Source of the DNA: Thermoplasmataceae archaeon
Lineage (GTDB): Archaea; Thermoplasmatota; Thermoplasmata; Thermoplasmatales; Thermoplasmataceae
Length of the DNA: 60,614 nucleotides
Assembly: GCA_031961205.1 (NCBI GenBank)
Contig: JAVRLS010000001.1
Span: 1 to 60,614, forward strand
Reading direction: 5' to 3'
This document shows, one piece after another, positions 48,538-58,370 of the stretch. The translations under genes and the position numbers were made by a program. Every line of letters starts with the position of its first letter. Within the stretch, counting starts at the first letter, position 1. Under the pieces are notes generated by a model. The model searched no databases, was not told the DNA's origin, and worked only from the letters and a program-made list of their open reading frames with translations.

Positions 48538-49239
48538 TCAGAGGTATGTCTTTACCTCATCAGGACTGTATGTTCTGTATTTTCCATCCACAACAATGGA
48601 TGCGATCTCAGGGTTTTTCAGCTCTTCGCCCTCTTCAAGTGACGATTTAAGGGCCTTTATTCCAAGAGCTACAGCTTCCTTCTCTGAAAGACCATCCTTA
48701 TACTCCTTTTCCAGATAAGCAGTAACAGCTTCCTTTCCTGATCCGATTGAAGTGGCTTTGTATTCATTTATTGTTCCTGCAGGATCACAGTCGAACAGTC
48801 TCGGCCCGATGGTATCAACACCGGCGAATATAAGCGAAACACCGTATGGCCTGACTCCTCCGTACTGGGTGTATTGCTGCATCTGATCGGCAACTCTCTT
48901 GACCAGATTCTCAATATTCACAAGGGAACCGTAGGTAACCTTTTCCTGCTGGGTGCTTATTCTCGCGAAGTCGATGAGAACCCTTGCATCAGCTACCAGC
49001 CCGGACGTGACGGCTGCCACATAATCATCAATTAACTGAATTTTTTCAAGAGAATTCTGCTCTATAAGCTTGCTCCTTATCTTTTTGTCAGAAATTATCA
49101 CTATGCCATTCTTGAATTTGATTCCTAAAGCGGTTGACCCTTTTTTTACAGCCTCTCTTGCATATTCAACCTGAAATAACCTTCCATCTGGCGAAAAAAC
49201 AGTAATTGCCCTATCATAAGCCATTTGACCCTGTTGCAT
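48538..49239 (-). CDS. psmA: proteasome alpha subunit
   Basis: 233-aa [42 protein letters not shown]... is essentially the classical Thermoplasma 20S alpha sequence as I recall it. Confidence 0.97.
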   Translation of the reverse strand: MQQGQMAYDRAITVFSPDGRLFQVEYAREAVKKGSTALGIKFKNGIVIISDKKIRSKLIEQNSLEKIQLIDDYVAAVTSGLVADARVLIDFARISTQQEKVTYGSLVNIENLVKRVADQMQQYTQYGGVRPYGVSLIFAGVDTIGPRLFDCDPAGTINEYKATSIGSGKEAVTAYLEKEYKDGLSEKEAVALGIKALKSSLEEGEELKNPEIASIVVDGKYRTYSPDEVKTYL

Positions 49240-49373
49240 TTTTATTCCTCTAGGCTCCTATAATCAAACGAATAATAAATATTTCTTTTATCTTTTGGAA
49301 TGAATATTTGAAATATATTACTCATATTTAAGTAATTACTCAATAATTAAATATGCTAATATGATAAACTATT

Positions 49374-50777
49374 ATGCTTGGAACGTTTGACGACAGGCCG
49401 CTTGGATACTTTCACATTAAAAATGTAATAGTAAACGGCATCGGGATATTCTCAGACGCATATAACCTCTATGCAATAGCGCTTGTTTATTACCTGGCAT
49501 CATCATTCCTTAAACTTAACGCCATAGAAAGTTCTTTCATGACTTCAGGAGCATTCTTTGGGGCCGCCGTGGGGGCAATTATCTTCGGAGTTCTTGCTGA
49601 TAAGATAGGGAGAAAACCCATGTACGGCATCGATCTTATGCTTATAACTGCAGGCGCATTTTCACAGTTTTTTGCCGGTGGATTTGACTGGCTATTCATA
49701 TCGAGAATTGTGCTCGGTCTTGGAATTGGTGGAGATTACGTTCTTTCACCTGTAATAATGGCTGAGAATTCAAACGCAAAAGATCGCGGAAAGCTCATGG
49801 TTTTCACTTTCCCGGTAATGGCGGCGTTTGGAGCCATGCTTGCGGCTTTTGTCGATCAGGTTTCGTCCATATTTTTTGCTCCTGCAATGGTATGGAGAAT
49901 TGTGCTTGCATTTGGTGGAGTTCCGGCGCTGTTTATTATATACTTCAGGAGAAAGATACCTGAAACGGCAAGATATTCAGCCAGGATAAAGGGTGACGAA
50001 TCGGAAGTGGAGAAAATAGAAAAGATGACTGATTCGCACATAAACATTGACCGGGACAGGGAGAAATTTTCAAAAAGGCTAAAATCATCACTGTTTCTGA
50101 TCATGATTTCATCCATACTGTGGATTCTTTATGATATGTATTCGTCAACATTTGCAATATACGGCCCTATAACAATTGCCGAAAACCTTGGCCTTACGCC
50201 AGTTTCGTTCACATATTATGCAGAAATATTTGGCGGCATTCCCGGAGCTCTCATATGTGCATTTCTCATAGACAGAATCGGTAGAAAGAAATTGATCGCT
50301 GCAGGCTACTCCGGAGTTTTTGTGTTTCTTCTGATGTATTCACTTCTGCTAATGCATCCAGCGATTTTCGGGTTCAGGTATCCTGGAGGCATAAGCCCGG
50401 CGAAGCTTGCCGGAGACGCTGCGGTTCTTGGATTTTCATTCTACCTCCTTAATTTCCTGTTCTCTGCATCAGGCCCTGCCTCGATAATCGGAGGCGCAAT
50501 GATAACTCCTGAACTTTCTCCCACGAAGGTCAGGGGAACGGCCCAGGCAATGACTGTTGGCTTAGATAGAATTGCAAATGCAGTCGCATTAACGGCGTTT
50601 CCCCTTTTGTTGATCAGATTCGGGCTTTCCTCAATACTTCTGGGATTCTCTGTTATAGCCGCGCTTTCAATAATCGTAACAATGCTGTGGATACCCGAGG
50701 CAAGGAGAAGATCACTCGAGGATATTTCCGGAGAAATGATCCCGAAGTTAGGAGTAACCGGATCCGGAAGAAAATAG
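49374..50777 (+). CDS. MFS transporter (Pho84/phosphate:H+ symporter-like or metabolite:H+ symporter)
   Basis: 467-aa, 12-TM ORF; FSDAYNLYAI, DKIGRKPMYG, RIVLGLGIGGDY. Confidence 0.75.
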   Translation: MLGTFDDRPLGYFHIKNVIVNGIGIFSDAYNLYAIALVYYLASSFLKLNAIESSFMTSGAFFGAAVGAIIFGVLADKIGRKPMYGIDLMLITAGAFSQFFAGGFDWLFISRIVLGLGIGGDYVLSPVIMAENSNAKDRGKLMVFTFPVMAAFGAMLAAFVDQVSSIFFAPAMVWRIVLAFGGVPALFIIYFRRKIPETARYSARIKGDESEVEKIEKMTDSHINIDRDREKFSKRLKSSLFLIMISSILWILYDMYSSTFAIYGPITIAENLGLTPVSFTYYAEIFGGIPGALICAFLIDRIGRKKLIAAGYSGVFVFLLMYSLLLMHPAIFGFRYPGGISPAKLAGDAAVLGFSFYLLNFLFSASGPASIIGGAMITPELSPTKVRGTAQAMTVGLDRIANAVALTAFPLLLIRFGLSSILLGFSVIAALSIIVTMLWIPEARRRSLEDISGEMIPKLGVTGSGRK

Positions 50778-50933
50778 TTAAAAAATATCGAAAAGGAAAG
50801 ATCTAACAGCAAGGAAAGCTTCAGGAATACGATGAAAACAGGACCAGTGACTTCCCGTGCATTCAATATGGCAAAGCGGAAAAACCATGCGTTCTAAAAA
50901 ATGTTTATTAGCGGCGCAGCATATTAGACTTCG

Positions 50934-51758
50934 ATGGGATATAACGGCAGAGTTTTTGACAATCATTTTCATCTGAATTACAATGGGGATTTCCTCAGGT
51001 CCATAGACACTTTTATCAGGGCCGGCGGCAATGCCATAAACCTCACAAACCTGCCAGGTGATGCCGCATCCGATAATTACTACAGGAATATCTATGATAA
51101 TACGGTAAAAATGGCAGAGAAGATAAGGATGGAGAGAAACATTGAGGTTATCGTCACCATAGGGCCATATCCCCTTGACTATTTCTATTTTAAAGATCAC
51201 GGGCTTGATGCATCAGGAATAATGAAAGATGCCATATTGCTGGCAGCTGAATATATAAAGGATGGAAAAGCGGATGCGATTGGCGAAATAGGATTTCCGC
51301 ATTTTCCTGTGGACGACGATACATTTACGGTATTTCATGACCTTCTGGATTTTGCATTCTCAGTGGATTCCGATATAAAAGTCCCGGTAATACTTCATAC
51401 GCATGATCTTGGCCAGAACGATTACCTTGACATTGATAACATGGCACGCAGGCACGGGATAGCAGGGCTTATAGTAAAGCACCATGCACGCGTCAGCGAT
51501 CTATCGGTGAACAGCGATACATGGAAATCCATCCCGGCGACAAGAAAAAATATAAGAGATGCTCTCCCTGTAACGATGGACTTCATGATGGAAACGGATT
51601 TTGTTGACGATCCCCACGACAGTAATCGTTATCTGCCAGCGGACTCTGTTCCGAAGAGGAAGATCATGATCGAGCAGGGATACACCGATGCGGATGATAT
51701 ACTCTCAAAAATATTCCAGGATATTCCTGAAAGAATATACAGCCGGTTGAAGAAATAA
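50934..51758 (+). CDS. TatD-related metal-dependent hydrolase
   Basis: 274-aa ORF. The amidohydrolase ligand pattern is FDNHFHL, IGEIGFP, ILHTHD, METDFVDDP. Confidence 0.7.
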   Translation: MGYNGRVFDNHFHLNYNGDFLRSIDTFIRAGGNAINLTNLPGDAASDNYYRNIYDNTVKMAEKIRMERNIEVIVTIGPYPLDYFYFKDHGLDASGIMKDAILLAAEYIKDGKADAIGEIGFPHFPVDDDTFTVFHDLLDFAFSVDSDIKVPVILHTHDLGQNDYLDIDNMARRHGIAGLIVKHHARVSDLSVNSDTWKSIPATRKNIRDALPVTMDFMMETDFVDDPHDSNRYLPADSVPKRKIMIEQGYTDADDILSKIFQDIPERIYSRLKK

Positions 51759-52069
51759 CTGTTTATTTTTGTATTTTTTTTAATAAATCCGGATCTAAAA
51801 TAGTTGCCATACCAGGAATCTGCGATGCCGGTACCGGTTCAGTGAAGATACCGGAAGATATCTTTTCTATATACAGCTGCTGTTACTCAAATGGACAGCT
51901 TCCCTAAAAAAAATTGCTTGCGATAGCGGATCTTCTTGAAAGGCAGACTCGTAACTTCCAGATGTGTATGCAAATACGATTAAGAGAAACTGAAAGATGA
52001 ATGCCTTAAACAGGTATGGCATAAGAAAGTTTGTGCATTATGTGGCGTTTATGATGAAAGATACAATCT

Positions 52070-52597
52070 TTACCAGTAATTTTCGTTTATGTATTCTTCA
52101 TACAGTTCCGAAAGATAGTTTTTGCTTTCCTCCTCGCAGTTATATAGCGATCGGAGCAGGCTTTCTATGGTGGTGTTCTGATATTCCTTTGAGACTAGAT
52201 TTATCAGGCTCTGGAATTGTTCTTCCTCCTTAATGGATGCAATAAGCACATCTTTTATATCATTCGGATTATAGTTATCATGTGTATCAACAAGATGCTC
52301 TATCATTTCAAAGCTGGAACTGTCATTTCCGATATTTTTTATCTCACCAGACCAGAGAAGTTTTCCTATGTTAAGCTGGCTTTTTCTCTGAAGGTTTGCT
52401 ATCTTGAGCAATAATTTTTTAACGTTATCCTTGCTTGCTTCTGATGCCATTTTAAGATATTCTTCTTGCCTTTCTTTTTTAATATCCGATAATCTTTTCA
52501 TAAGTTTTTCCAGGACATCGTTATAATTCTTTCCAGAAATCGTTCCATTTTTTACGTTCATGGCAATTGATATCATGCGCTTATGATTAATATACAT
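52070..52597 (-). CDS. hypothetical helical protein (two ferritin/rubrerythrin-like helix pairs lacking the E..H metal ligands)
   Basis: 175-aa ORF, all-helical and Glu/Lys-rich. The resemblance to ferritin-like bundles is by pattern only. Confidence 0.45.
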   Translation of the reverse strand: MYINHKRMISIAMNVKNGTISGKNYNDVLEKLMKRLSDIKKERQEEYLKMASEASKDNVKKLLLKIANLQRKSQLNIGKLLWSGEIKNIGNDSSSFEMIEHLVDTHDNYNPNDIKDVLIASIKEEEQFQSLINLVSKEYQNTTIESLLRSLYNCEEESKNYLSELYEEYINENYW

Positions 52598-52734
52598 TTT
52601 TATAATTCAGGGCTACATTTTTTTATGCTGTGAATACCGTCATGATATCTTTAACATAACCTTCTCCGGCATTTCAAACAGGTTTCGGAACTTTAATATA
52701 AGTTGATCCTATAAAGCGCCGTTATATTAAATGT

Positions 52735-52809
52735 GGGCGCATGGCCTAGCCTGGATAGGGCAACAGCCTCCTAAGCTGTGGATCAGGGGTCCAAATCCCC
52801 TTGCGCCCG
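52735..52809 (+). tRNA. tRNA-Arg (anticodon CCU)
   Basis: Hand-folded. Acceptor GGGCGCA/TGCGCCC, D stem GCCT/GGGC, anticodon stem ACAGC/GCTGT, loop CTCCTAA, T arm AGGGG-TCCAAAT-CCCCT, discriminator G. Confidence 0.9.
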
Positions 52810-52815
52810 TTTTTT
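52810..52815 (+). terminator. oligo-T (T6) immediately after tRNA-Arg
   Basis: TTTTTT directly follows the discriminator base. This is the archaeal oligo-T terminator type. Confidence 0.45.
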
Positions 52816-52820
52816 ATCAA

Positions 52821-53831
52821 TCAGATCATTGATGATATATAGGATGATATTCCACCCAGTATCCTTTCATTGACCAGTGATGGCTTTCTCCACGAAAAGA
52901 TTGATGGCTCAAGGTAGCATGAAAGCGAGCAGGCATTGCAGCTTTCGTAGTTTTCCCATTTATATTCGTTCCACAGCTTCATTATATCTGTTTCCCATAC
53001 CCTTGTGCTTCCACTGTATTCATTTATAACATAACATGGTGTCACTATCCTGCCCTCAGGATCGATATTTATGGTAAGCCATGGCTTGCACGTCCATTTT
53101 TTGTTAAAATACCATGAATTGATGAGCGATTCAAAATATGAATTAGAGTTTATTATGGGTGCGCCATCCCTCTTGAGCTTCTGGAGCTTTACAAGTGTAT
53201 TATAAAGATCATCCTTCTCCGGAGAAATCCTGCTGGCGGCGTGGTAATCATACGATACCTGTATATTTACACTGACCTTCAGGCTTTCAGCAAGATCCAG
53301 CACCTTATCAATTTCATTCATATTGTTTGTCGTTATAGTGGTGCTCATAGACACAGGCACATATTTTTTTGCTTCCCTTATCCCTTCGACTGCATGATCA
53401 AAAGATCCCGGGACTCCCCTCTGCCTGTCGTGTGTTTCCTTCATTCCGTCAATTGATATGAAAAGATAGTCCAGGTAACGGCCAAACTCATTTATTCTTG
53501 ATTTAATAAGCCACCCGTTGGAGACAAGAGACGTGTGGAACCTTTCATGCGATGCTCTGAGTATATCCGGAAGATCTTTCCTCAGAAGCGGCTCTCCACC
53601 CTCAAAACCCAGGAATGAGACATTGGCTGCAGCAAGAGAATCCATCATTTTTATCTCATCGCCGAGAGATAGCAGCTTTTCATCCTTTCTTCTCCAGAAT
53701 GGACACATATCACATTTCAAATTGCATGAATAGAGTAATTTATGGCCTGCTATTACAGGTGTTTTCATCCCTTTAAAATTGAGTACCTTCCTCTTTAATG
53801 TCCGCCCTACTACAGGTACAATGAGTGCCAT
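52821..53831 (-). CDS. radical SAM protein with SPASM-like C-terminal Cys cluster, function unknown
   Basis: 336-aa ORF. CxxxCxxC (CNLKCDMC), GGEPLL, C-terminal Cys pattern CKPW...PC...C.AC..SC. Appears monocistronic. Confidence 0.75.
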   Translation of the reverse strand: MALIVPVVGRTLKRKVLNFKGMKTPVIAGHKLLYSCNLKCDMCPFWRRKDEKLLSLGDEIKMMDSLAAANVSFLGFEGGEPLLRKDLPDILRASHERFHTSLVSNGWLIKSRINEFGRYLDYLFISIDGMKETHDRQRGVPGSFDHAVEGIREAKKYVPVSMSTTITTNNMNEIDKVLDLAESLKVSVNIQVSYDYHAASRISPEKDDLYNTLVKLQKLKRDGAPIINSNSYFESLINSWYFNKKWTCKPWLTINIDPEGRIVTPCYVINEYSGSTRVWETDIMKLWNEYKWENYESCNACSLSCYLEPSIFSWRKPSLVNERILGGISSYISSMI

Positions 53832-53942
53832 ATTTTATGTACACTATACTATTATTTAATGTTTCTTGATCAGAAGGCATGAACATTCTGCTGTATGCTA
53901 AAATAGAAAATTATCTAAAAATATGGTATAAAATAAAAAGCA

Positions 53943-55367
53943 TTACCATTTCAATTTCATGTCCCTTGCGGCCTTGACCTCATCTATCCTTGATATTGCC
54001 GTATTTTCTGGCATTTTCTCAAGTTCTTCAACACTTCTGTCAAGTGCTGATATGAATATACGGGCATAAGAATCCAGATCGTTTTTACTGGCGGATTCAG
54101 TGGGTTCTATCATCATGGCTTCCTTAACGATAAGCGGGAAATAAATTGTTGGCGGATGTACACCATTGTCAAGCAGATATTTTGCGATATCAAGGGCCTT
54201 TTTACCGTTCTTTTCGGTTGATAGAACGAATTCATGCTTCTTCAATGGATAATATGGCACCTCAAATTTATCCTCGAGCTTCTTCTTCAGGTAGTTTGAA
54301 TTCAGGACAGCTTTGATGCTTGCGTTCTTAAGGCCCTCTTCGCCATTATATGTGACATAGGACCATGCACGTAGAATCACGGAAAATGACCCGTAAAATG
54401 AAGAAAGGCGCCCTATTGTATTCTTGAGGCTGAAATCCAGCGAATATTGCTTCCCGTCAAACGTTACGACAGGAACCGGAAGAAATTCCTTAAGGAATGA
54501 TTTCACAGCTACCGGCCCGGACCCAGGACCGCCACCACCATGCGGTGTCCCGAAGCTTTTATGAAGATTGAAATGCACTATGTCAAAGCCCATTATGCCG
54601 GGTGAGGTGATTCCAAAATTGGCGTTGAGATTTGCACCGTCGTAGTAAAGAAGGGCACCGGCATCATGCATTATCTTTGCTATTTCAACTATATTCTGCT
54701 CAAAAATACCAAGCGTGTTTGGATTCGTGATCATCAGCGCTGCCGTTTTCTCAGATATTGCTGCTTTCAGGGCATCAACGTTCACCATTCCCTTTTCATC
54801 CGAAGGCAGTTCTATAACGTCAAAACCGCCCATTGTTGCGGAAGCAGGATTTGTTCCATGAGCAGAATCCGGGATTATTATCTCTGTCCTCTTCTCCTTC
54901 CTGTATTCGAAATATTTCCTGACTATCAGTATTCCTGTAAACTCACCGTCTGCACCTGCCATGGGCTGAAGTGTTACGGCATCCATGTCAGATATCTTCT
55001 TGAGGTATTCCTGCATCTCGTACATCACCTTCAGAGTACCCTGAATGGTGGAATATGGCTGGTAAGGATGAATATTTGTGAAGCCGTCGATGGATGCAAT
55101 TTTATCGGCGTATTTTGGATTGAATTTCATTGTACAGGATCCGAGGGGGTACATTCCAAGATCAACGGTGTAGTTCATTTCCGAGAGCCTCGTGTAATGC
55201 CTTACAACATCAAATTCTGATACTTCAGGAAGTTTCAGGTCTTTTCTTGCCAGTGATGGATCTATCAATTTTTCTGCGTTTCCAGCATCCTCGTTTATGG
55301 TAAATGAATTTTCAGATCTTATATCCTTAATCAATGGTTCATCATAATATGCCTGCCTGTAATTCAT
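53943..55367 (-). CDS. gcvPB: glycine dehydrogenase (decarboxylating) subunit 2 (P-protein beta)
   Basis: 474-aa ORF. PLP-lysine region NLHKSFGTPHGGGGPG. ATGA-type coupling to gcvPA. Confidence 0.93.
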   Translation of the reverse strand: MNYRQAYYDEPLIKDIRSENSFTINEDAGNAEKLIDPSLARKDLKLPEVSEFDVVRHYTRLSEMNYTVDLGMYPLGSCTMKFNPKYADKIASIDGFTNIHPYQPYSTIQGTLKVMYEMQEYLKKISDMDAVTLQPMAGADGEFTGILIVRKYFEYRKEKRTEIIIPDSAHGTNPASATMGGFDVIELPSDEKGMVNVDALKAAISEKTAALMITNPNTLGIFEQNIVEIAKIMHDAGALLYYDGANLNANFGITSPGIMGFDIVHFNLHKSFGTPHGGGGPGSGPVAVKSFLKEFLPVPVVTFDGKQYSLDFSLKNTIGRLSSFYGSFSVILRAWSYVTYNGEEGLKNASIKAVLNSNYLKKKLEDKFEVPYYPLKKHEFVLSTEKNGKKALDIAKYLLDNGVHPPTIYFPLIVKEAMMIEPTESASKNDLDSYARIFISALDRSVEELEKMPENTAISRIDEVKAARDMKLKW

Positions 55368-56692
55368 GATATCACCTCTAAAGCCTTTACAAGTTTAGAA
55401 ATAGATTCTGCATCATTCTTTTCGGTTACTGTGAAAAATGTTCCGGTACTCAGTTCCGTATCTTTTATGAGTTCCCTGAGCCTGGTTCCTCCGAGGATTC
55501 CATTCTTTGCCAGTTTCTCCTTGACGTCGTTTTTCATGTCGAATAGAACGTCTGAAAACGAGAGGGAATCATAATACTTATGGATGCCTATTTTTTTAAG
55601 TTCCGTTTCGAGATCCCTGGCATGCTTTATCGTGAGAAGTGCGACCTTCTTCAGGCCATCCCTTCCGAGTATGGAAAGATAAGATGATGCTGCAAGGGTT
55701 AATAGTGCCTGGTTTGAACATATATTGCTTGTGGCCTTTGCCCTCCTGATGTGCTGTTCTCTTGTCTGGAGCGTCATGACATATGCCCTCTTTCCGTTGT
55801 GATCTACAGATTCTCCTATAAGCCTTCCGGGAGATTTCCTTACGTATTCTGACTTGAAGGACATGATTCCTAGAAGAGGCCCGCCGAAATTCATCGGTAT
55901 GCCGAGCTGCTGGCCTTCTGCAACAGCTATGTCGGAATCATAGGCACCTGGTGGCGCAACTGCGCCTAATGATATCGGGTCAACATAACTTATGATGATA
56001 GCCGATTTTTTTATGTCCCCTACCTTCGTCACATTTTCATCAAGTATTCCGTATCCATTTGGATTTTCAACCACAATAGCTGACGTATTTTCACCAATTT
56101 TTGAAGATAAATCGTCCAGATCGATTTTACCGGATCTGCTCATTTTATACTTCCGGAATATGATGCCTAAGCCCCTGCCATAACTATCCATAACAGCAAG
56201 TTTGCTATCATATGTGCTTTCTGGAATCAGTATTTCATTTTTGCCGTTTATCCTGTATGCCATCCGGATAGCTTCACCGAGAGCTGAATAGCCGTCGTAC
56301 ATGGATGCATTCGTAAAGTCCATTTTAAAGAGATCCGAGATAAGGCTCTGGTACTCAAATATCGATTGCAACATACCCTGTGATATTTCAGGCTGATATG
56401 GTGTATACGCGTCAAGAAATTCCGATCTTCCGAGGATATTATTCACGGCTTCCGGGATTATTCGATCGTATATCCCGTTCCCCAGAAAGTTTACCATGCC
56501 AGATTTATTTTCACTGGCATAGAGTTTGGCCCTCTGAACGACTCTGTATTCTTCGAGGCCCCTGCCTATTCCCATACTCTGCTTTCTCACGCTCTTCGGT
56601 ATATCTGAAAAAAGTTCGTCGACACTTGAAAAGCCTAAAAATTCCAGCATAGATGATATCTCATCCATAAATGGCGTAGCATTTTCAGTCAT
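55364..56692 (-). CDS. gcvPA: glycine dehydrogenase (decarboxylating) subunit 1 (P-protein alpha)
   Basis: 442-aa ORF; YTPYQPEISQG, ATSNICSNQAL. Confidence 0.93.
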   Translation of the reverse strand: MTENATPFMDEISSMLEFLGFSSVDELFSDIPKSVRKQSMGIGRGLEEYRVVQRAKLYASENKSGMVNFLGNGIYDRIIPEAVNNILGRSEFLDAYTPYQPEISQGMLQSIFEYQSLISDLFKMDFTNASMYDGYSALGEAIRMAYRINGKNEILIPESTYDSKLAVMDSYGRGLGIIFRKYKMSRSGKIDLDDLSSKIGENTSAIVVENPNGYGILDENVTKVGDIKKSAIIISYVDPISLGAVAPPGAYDSDIAVAEGQQLGIPMNFGGPLLGIMSFKSEYVRKSPGRLIGESVDHNGKRAYVMTLQTREQHIRRAKATSNICSNQALLTLAASSYLSILGRDGLKKVALLTIKHARDLETELKKIGIHKYYDSLSFSDVLFDMKNDVKEKLAKNGILGGTRLRELIKDTELSTGTFFTVTEKNDAESISKLVKALEVIS

Positions 56693-57153
56693 TTATTTGT
56701 TTGCTTTTTACACTGAAGTTCGGCATTTATTGGTATTTTGTTAATACTTGTTATCGACTCGCATCATATAATTTCTGAAAACATATGAGAATCATTCCGT
56801 CAGTTATATCAGGTTTGGTATATGGCGTCCGTAATTCCGTATTCTGGCATGGCATGTAGCTTGAATGATTACTGGCATTTGCAAAGGCACTTATAAATTA
56901 TTGAATAAGCATATTAATGAAAAACCGGTAACTTATGCCTGATTATCGGCAAAAAACAAAAAATGATCCTGCTCATAAAACCGGGAACTTAAGGCAATAG
57001 AACTTCGCTAACTGATTCTGTAAGGCAATGCGTCCCAAGATTGCAACCTGTTATAGGGGCGTATCATCAGGCTGGAGATGCTTAAGCGTTAACAGATTCA
57101 CGCTAACACTGTTCTATAATCACAGCTTAAATACTTACAGGCAATCTGATGAC

Positions 57154-57936
57154 ATGGCACTAAAGTTTCAGATGCCAAGAGAACATGGGCTTGTTGTCGT
57201 CTGGCTTAATGTCTTTTTAATATCAATCTTTGTTTCAAAAACTTATTCGCTTTATGGCATTGTAACGATAATACTCCTATCATTAACGTTCATAATTTAT
57301 GACCCGCTGATCAGCATGATGAGAGTACAGAAAGCCAGAAGAAATGCTTTGCATTATCTTTTCCATGAATATGCGTATGTGCCTGCTATTGTTCTTTTGA
57401 TAGCGGGATGGCTTTTGTTTGAAGTACTGTACAGAAAACTCAATGTTTATGCGATATTAATCGCACTTGCGGTATTCATAGTTCTCTACCTTCTCTTTCC
57501 GATGGGAGAAAGAAAGGCTTATACCAGGGGCGTATCGATAATAAGCGTAACTTCATTTTTCCTTATAATTGTATCATCATTCACCGCCGCATTGAATTCC
57601 GTGGAAATCTTACTTTTTATAACTCTTTCACTTATTGAAGTAATGCTCGGAATGGGGCCTGTAGAAATTGTTAACACAAAAATAGAGAAGAAAAATTTCA
57701 CCGGCATATTCCTGAGGAGAATGGTCCCTGTTTATATGGTATCCATGGCGATATTGATTGTTATCTCAATTTACGTTACGGGTTACTGGTGGATCTTTAT
57801 CATTATATATACGGTTTTTTTCCTGTCGTTTCCATTCATAAGGACGTGGAGGATGAAGAATATAGGTATGATTGCAACTGTATTCAATATAGTCGTTCTT
57901 GTATGCATTTCACTATTATTTTTCAGATCCGTTTAA
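57154..57936 (+). CDS. YwiC-like polytopic membrane protein
   Basis: The ORF is open from 57028. The ATG at 57154 gives MALKFQMPREHGLVVVW..., resembling the YwiC-family N-terminus (P.(E/Q)HGAW), followed by ~8 TM segments. Confidence 0.5.
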   Translation: MALKFQMPREHGLVVVWLNVFLISIFVSKTYSLYGIVTIILLSLTFIIYDPLISMMRVQKARRNALHYLFHEYAYVPAIVLLIAGWLLFEVLYRKLNVYAILIALAVFIVLYLLFPMGERKAYTRGVSIISVTSFFLIIVSSFTAALNSVEILLFITLSLIEVMLGMGPVEIVNTKIEKKNFTGIFLRRMVPVYMVSMAILIVISIYVTGYWWIFIIIYTVFFLSFPFIRTWRMKNIGMIATVFNIVVLVCISLLFFRSV

Positions 57937-58017
57937 GTTATGCCCGTATTCCTGACATTTGAACAATAGAAAGCCGGATGTATTTTTGAGATTTATATTA
58001 TACATATTTAGATTTTT

Positions 58018-58185
58018 TATAGATGTCAATGAAAAAAGTTCTTTTGGCCGCATTTTCATGATGATGCTCCTGTGCTAATAAATAATAATTTAAATATTTC
58101 AATAAATATCATTAAAATCTGTACAACATTAGAGGGCTCAGATCAATGATCATATAAATGTCATGGAACTTTTTTCATAGAAGGA
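58018..58185. repeat. MITE-like hairpin repeat, copy B
   Basis: Same termini as copy A (12722-12830) with a longer, unrelated AT-rich interior. The terminal inverted repeat is ATGAAAAAAGTTC ... GAACTTTTTTCAT. Confidence 0.7.
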
Positions 58186-58370
58186 GATTTTATGTGTATA
58201 ATTTCCGGATTTCAAAAGGATACATTCATAACTTTTCCATGGGAATTATGAGAGCAATTCCTGGATTCGGACAGTAATGGATGGAAATACCCAGTTACGT
58301 AACTGATTTTTATGATTGTATTCACAATTGCTTTCAAAAAAAGCTTTAAAAGTTGTAATATTCCGGGAAA

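Noticed and set aside
50441-51200. Two minus-strand ORFs of ~140 aa (50441-50866 and 50778-51200)
   Set aside because: They lie antisense to the MFS 3' end and the TatD-like 5' end respectively. Neither has an SD or a family signature, so they are shadow ORFs.
54666-55220. 184-aa plus-strand ORF inside gcvPB; similar long antisense ORFs lie inside fixC, the MFS genes, SBDS and rpl23/rpl4
   Set aside because: These are classic antisense shadows of strongly supported genes, with Cys/His/Arg-rich improbable composition.
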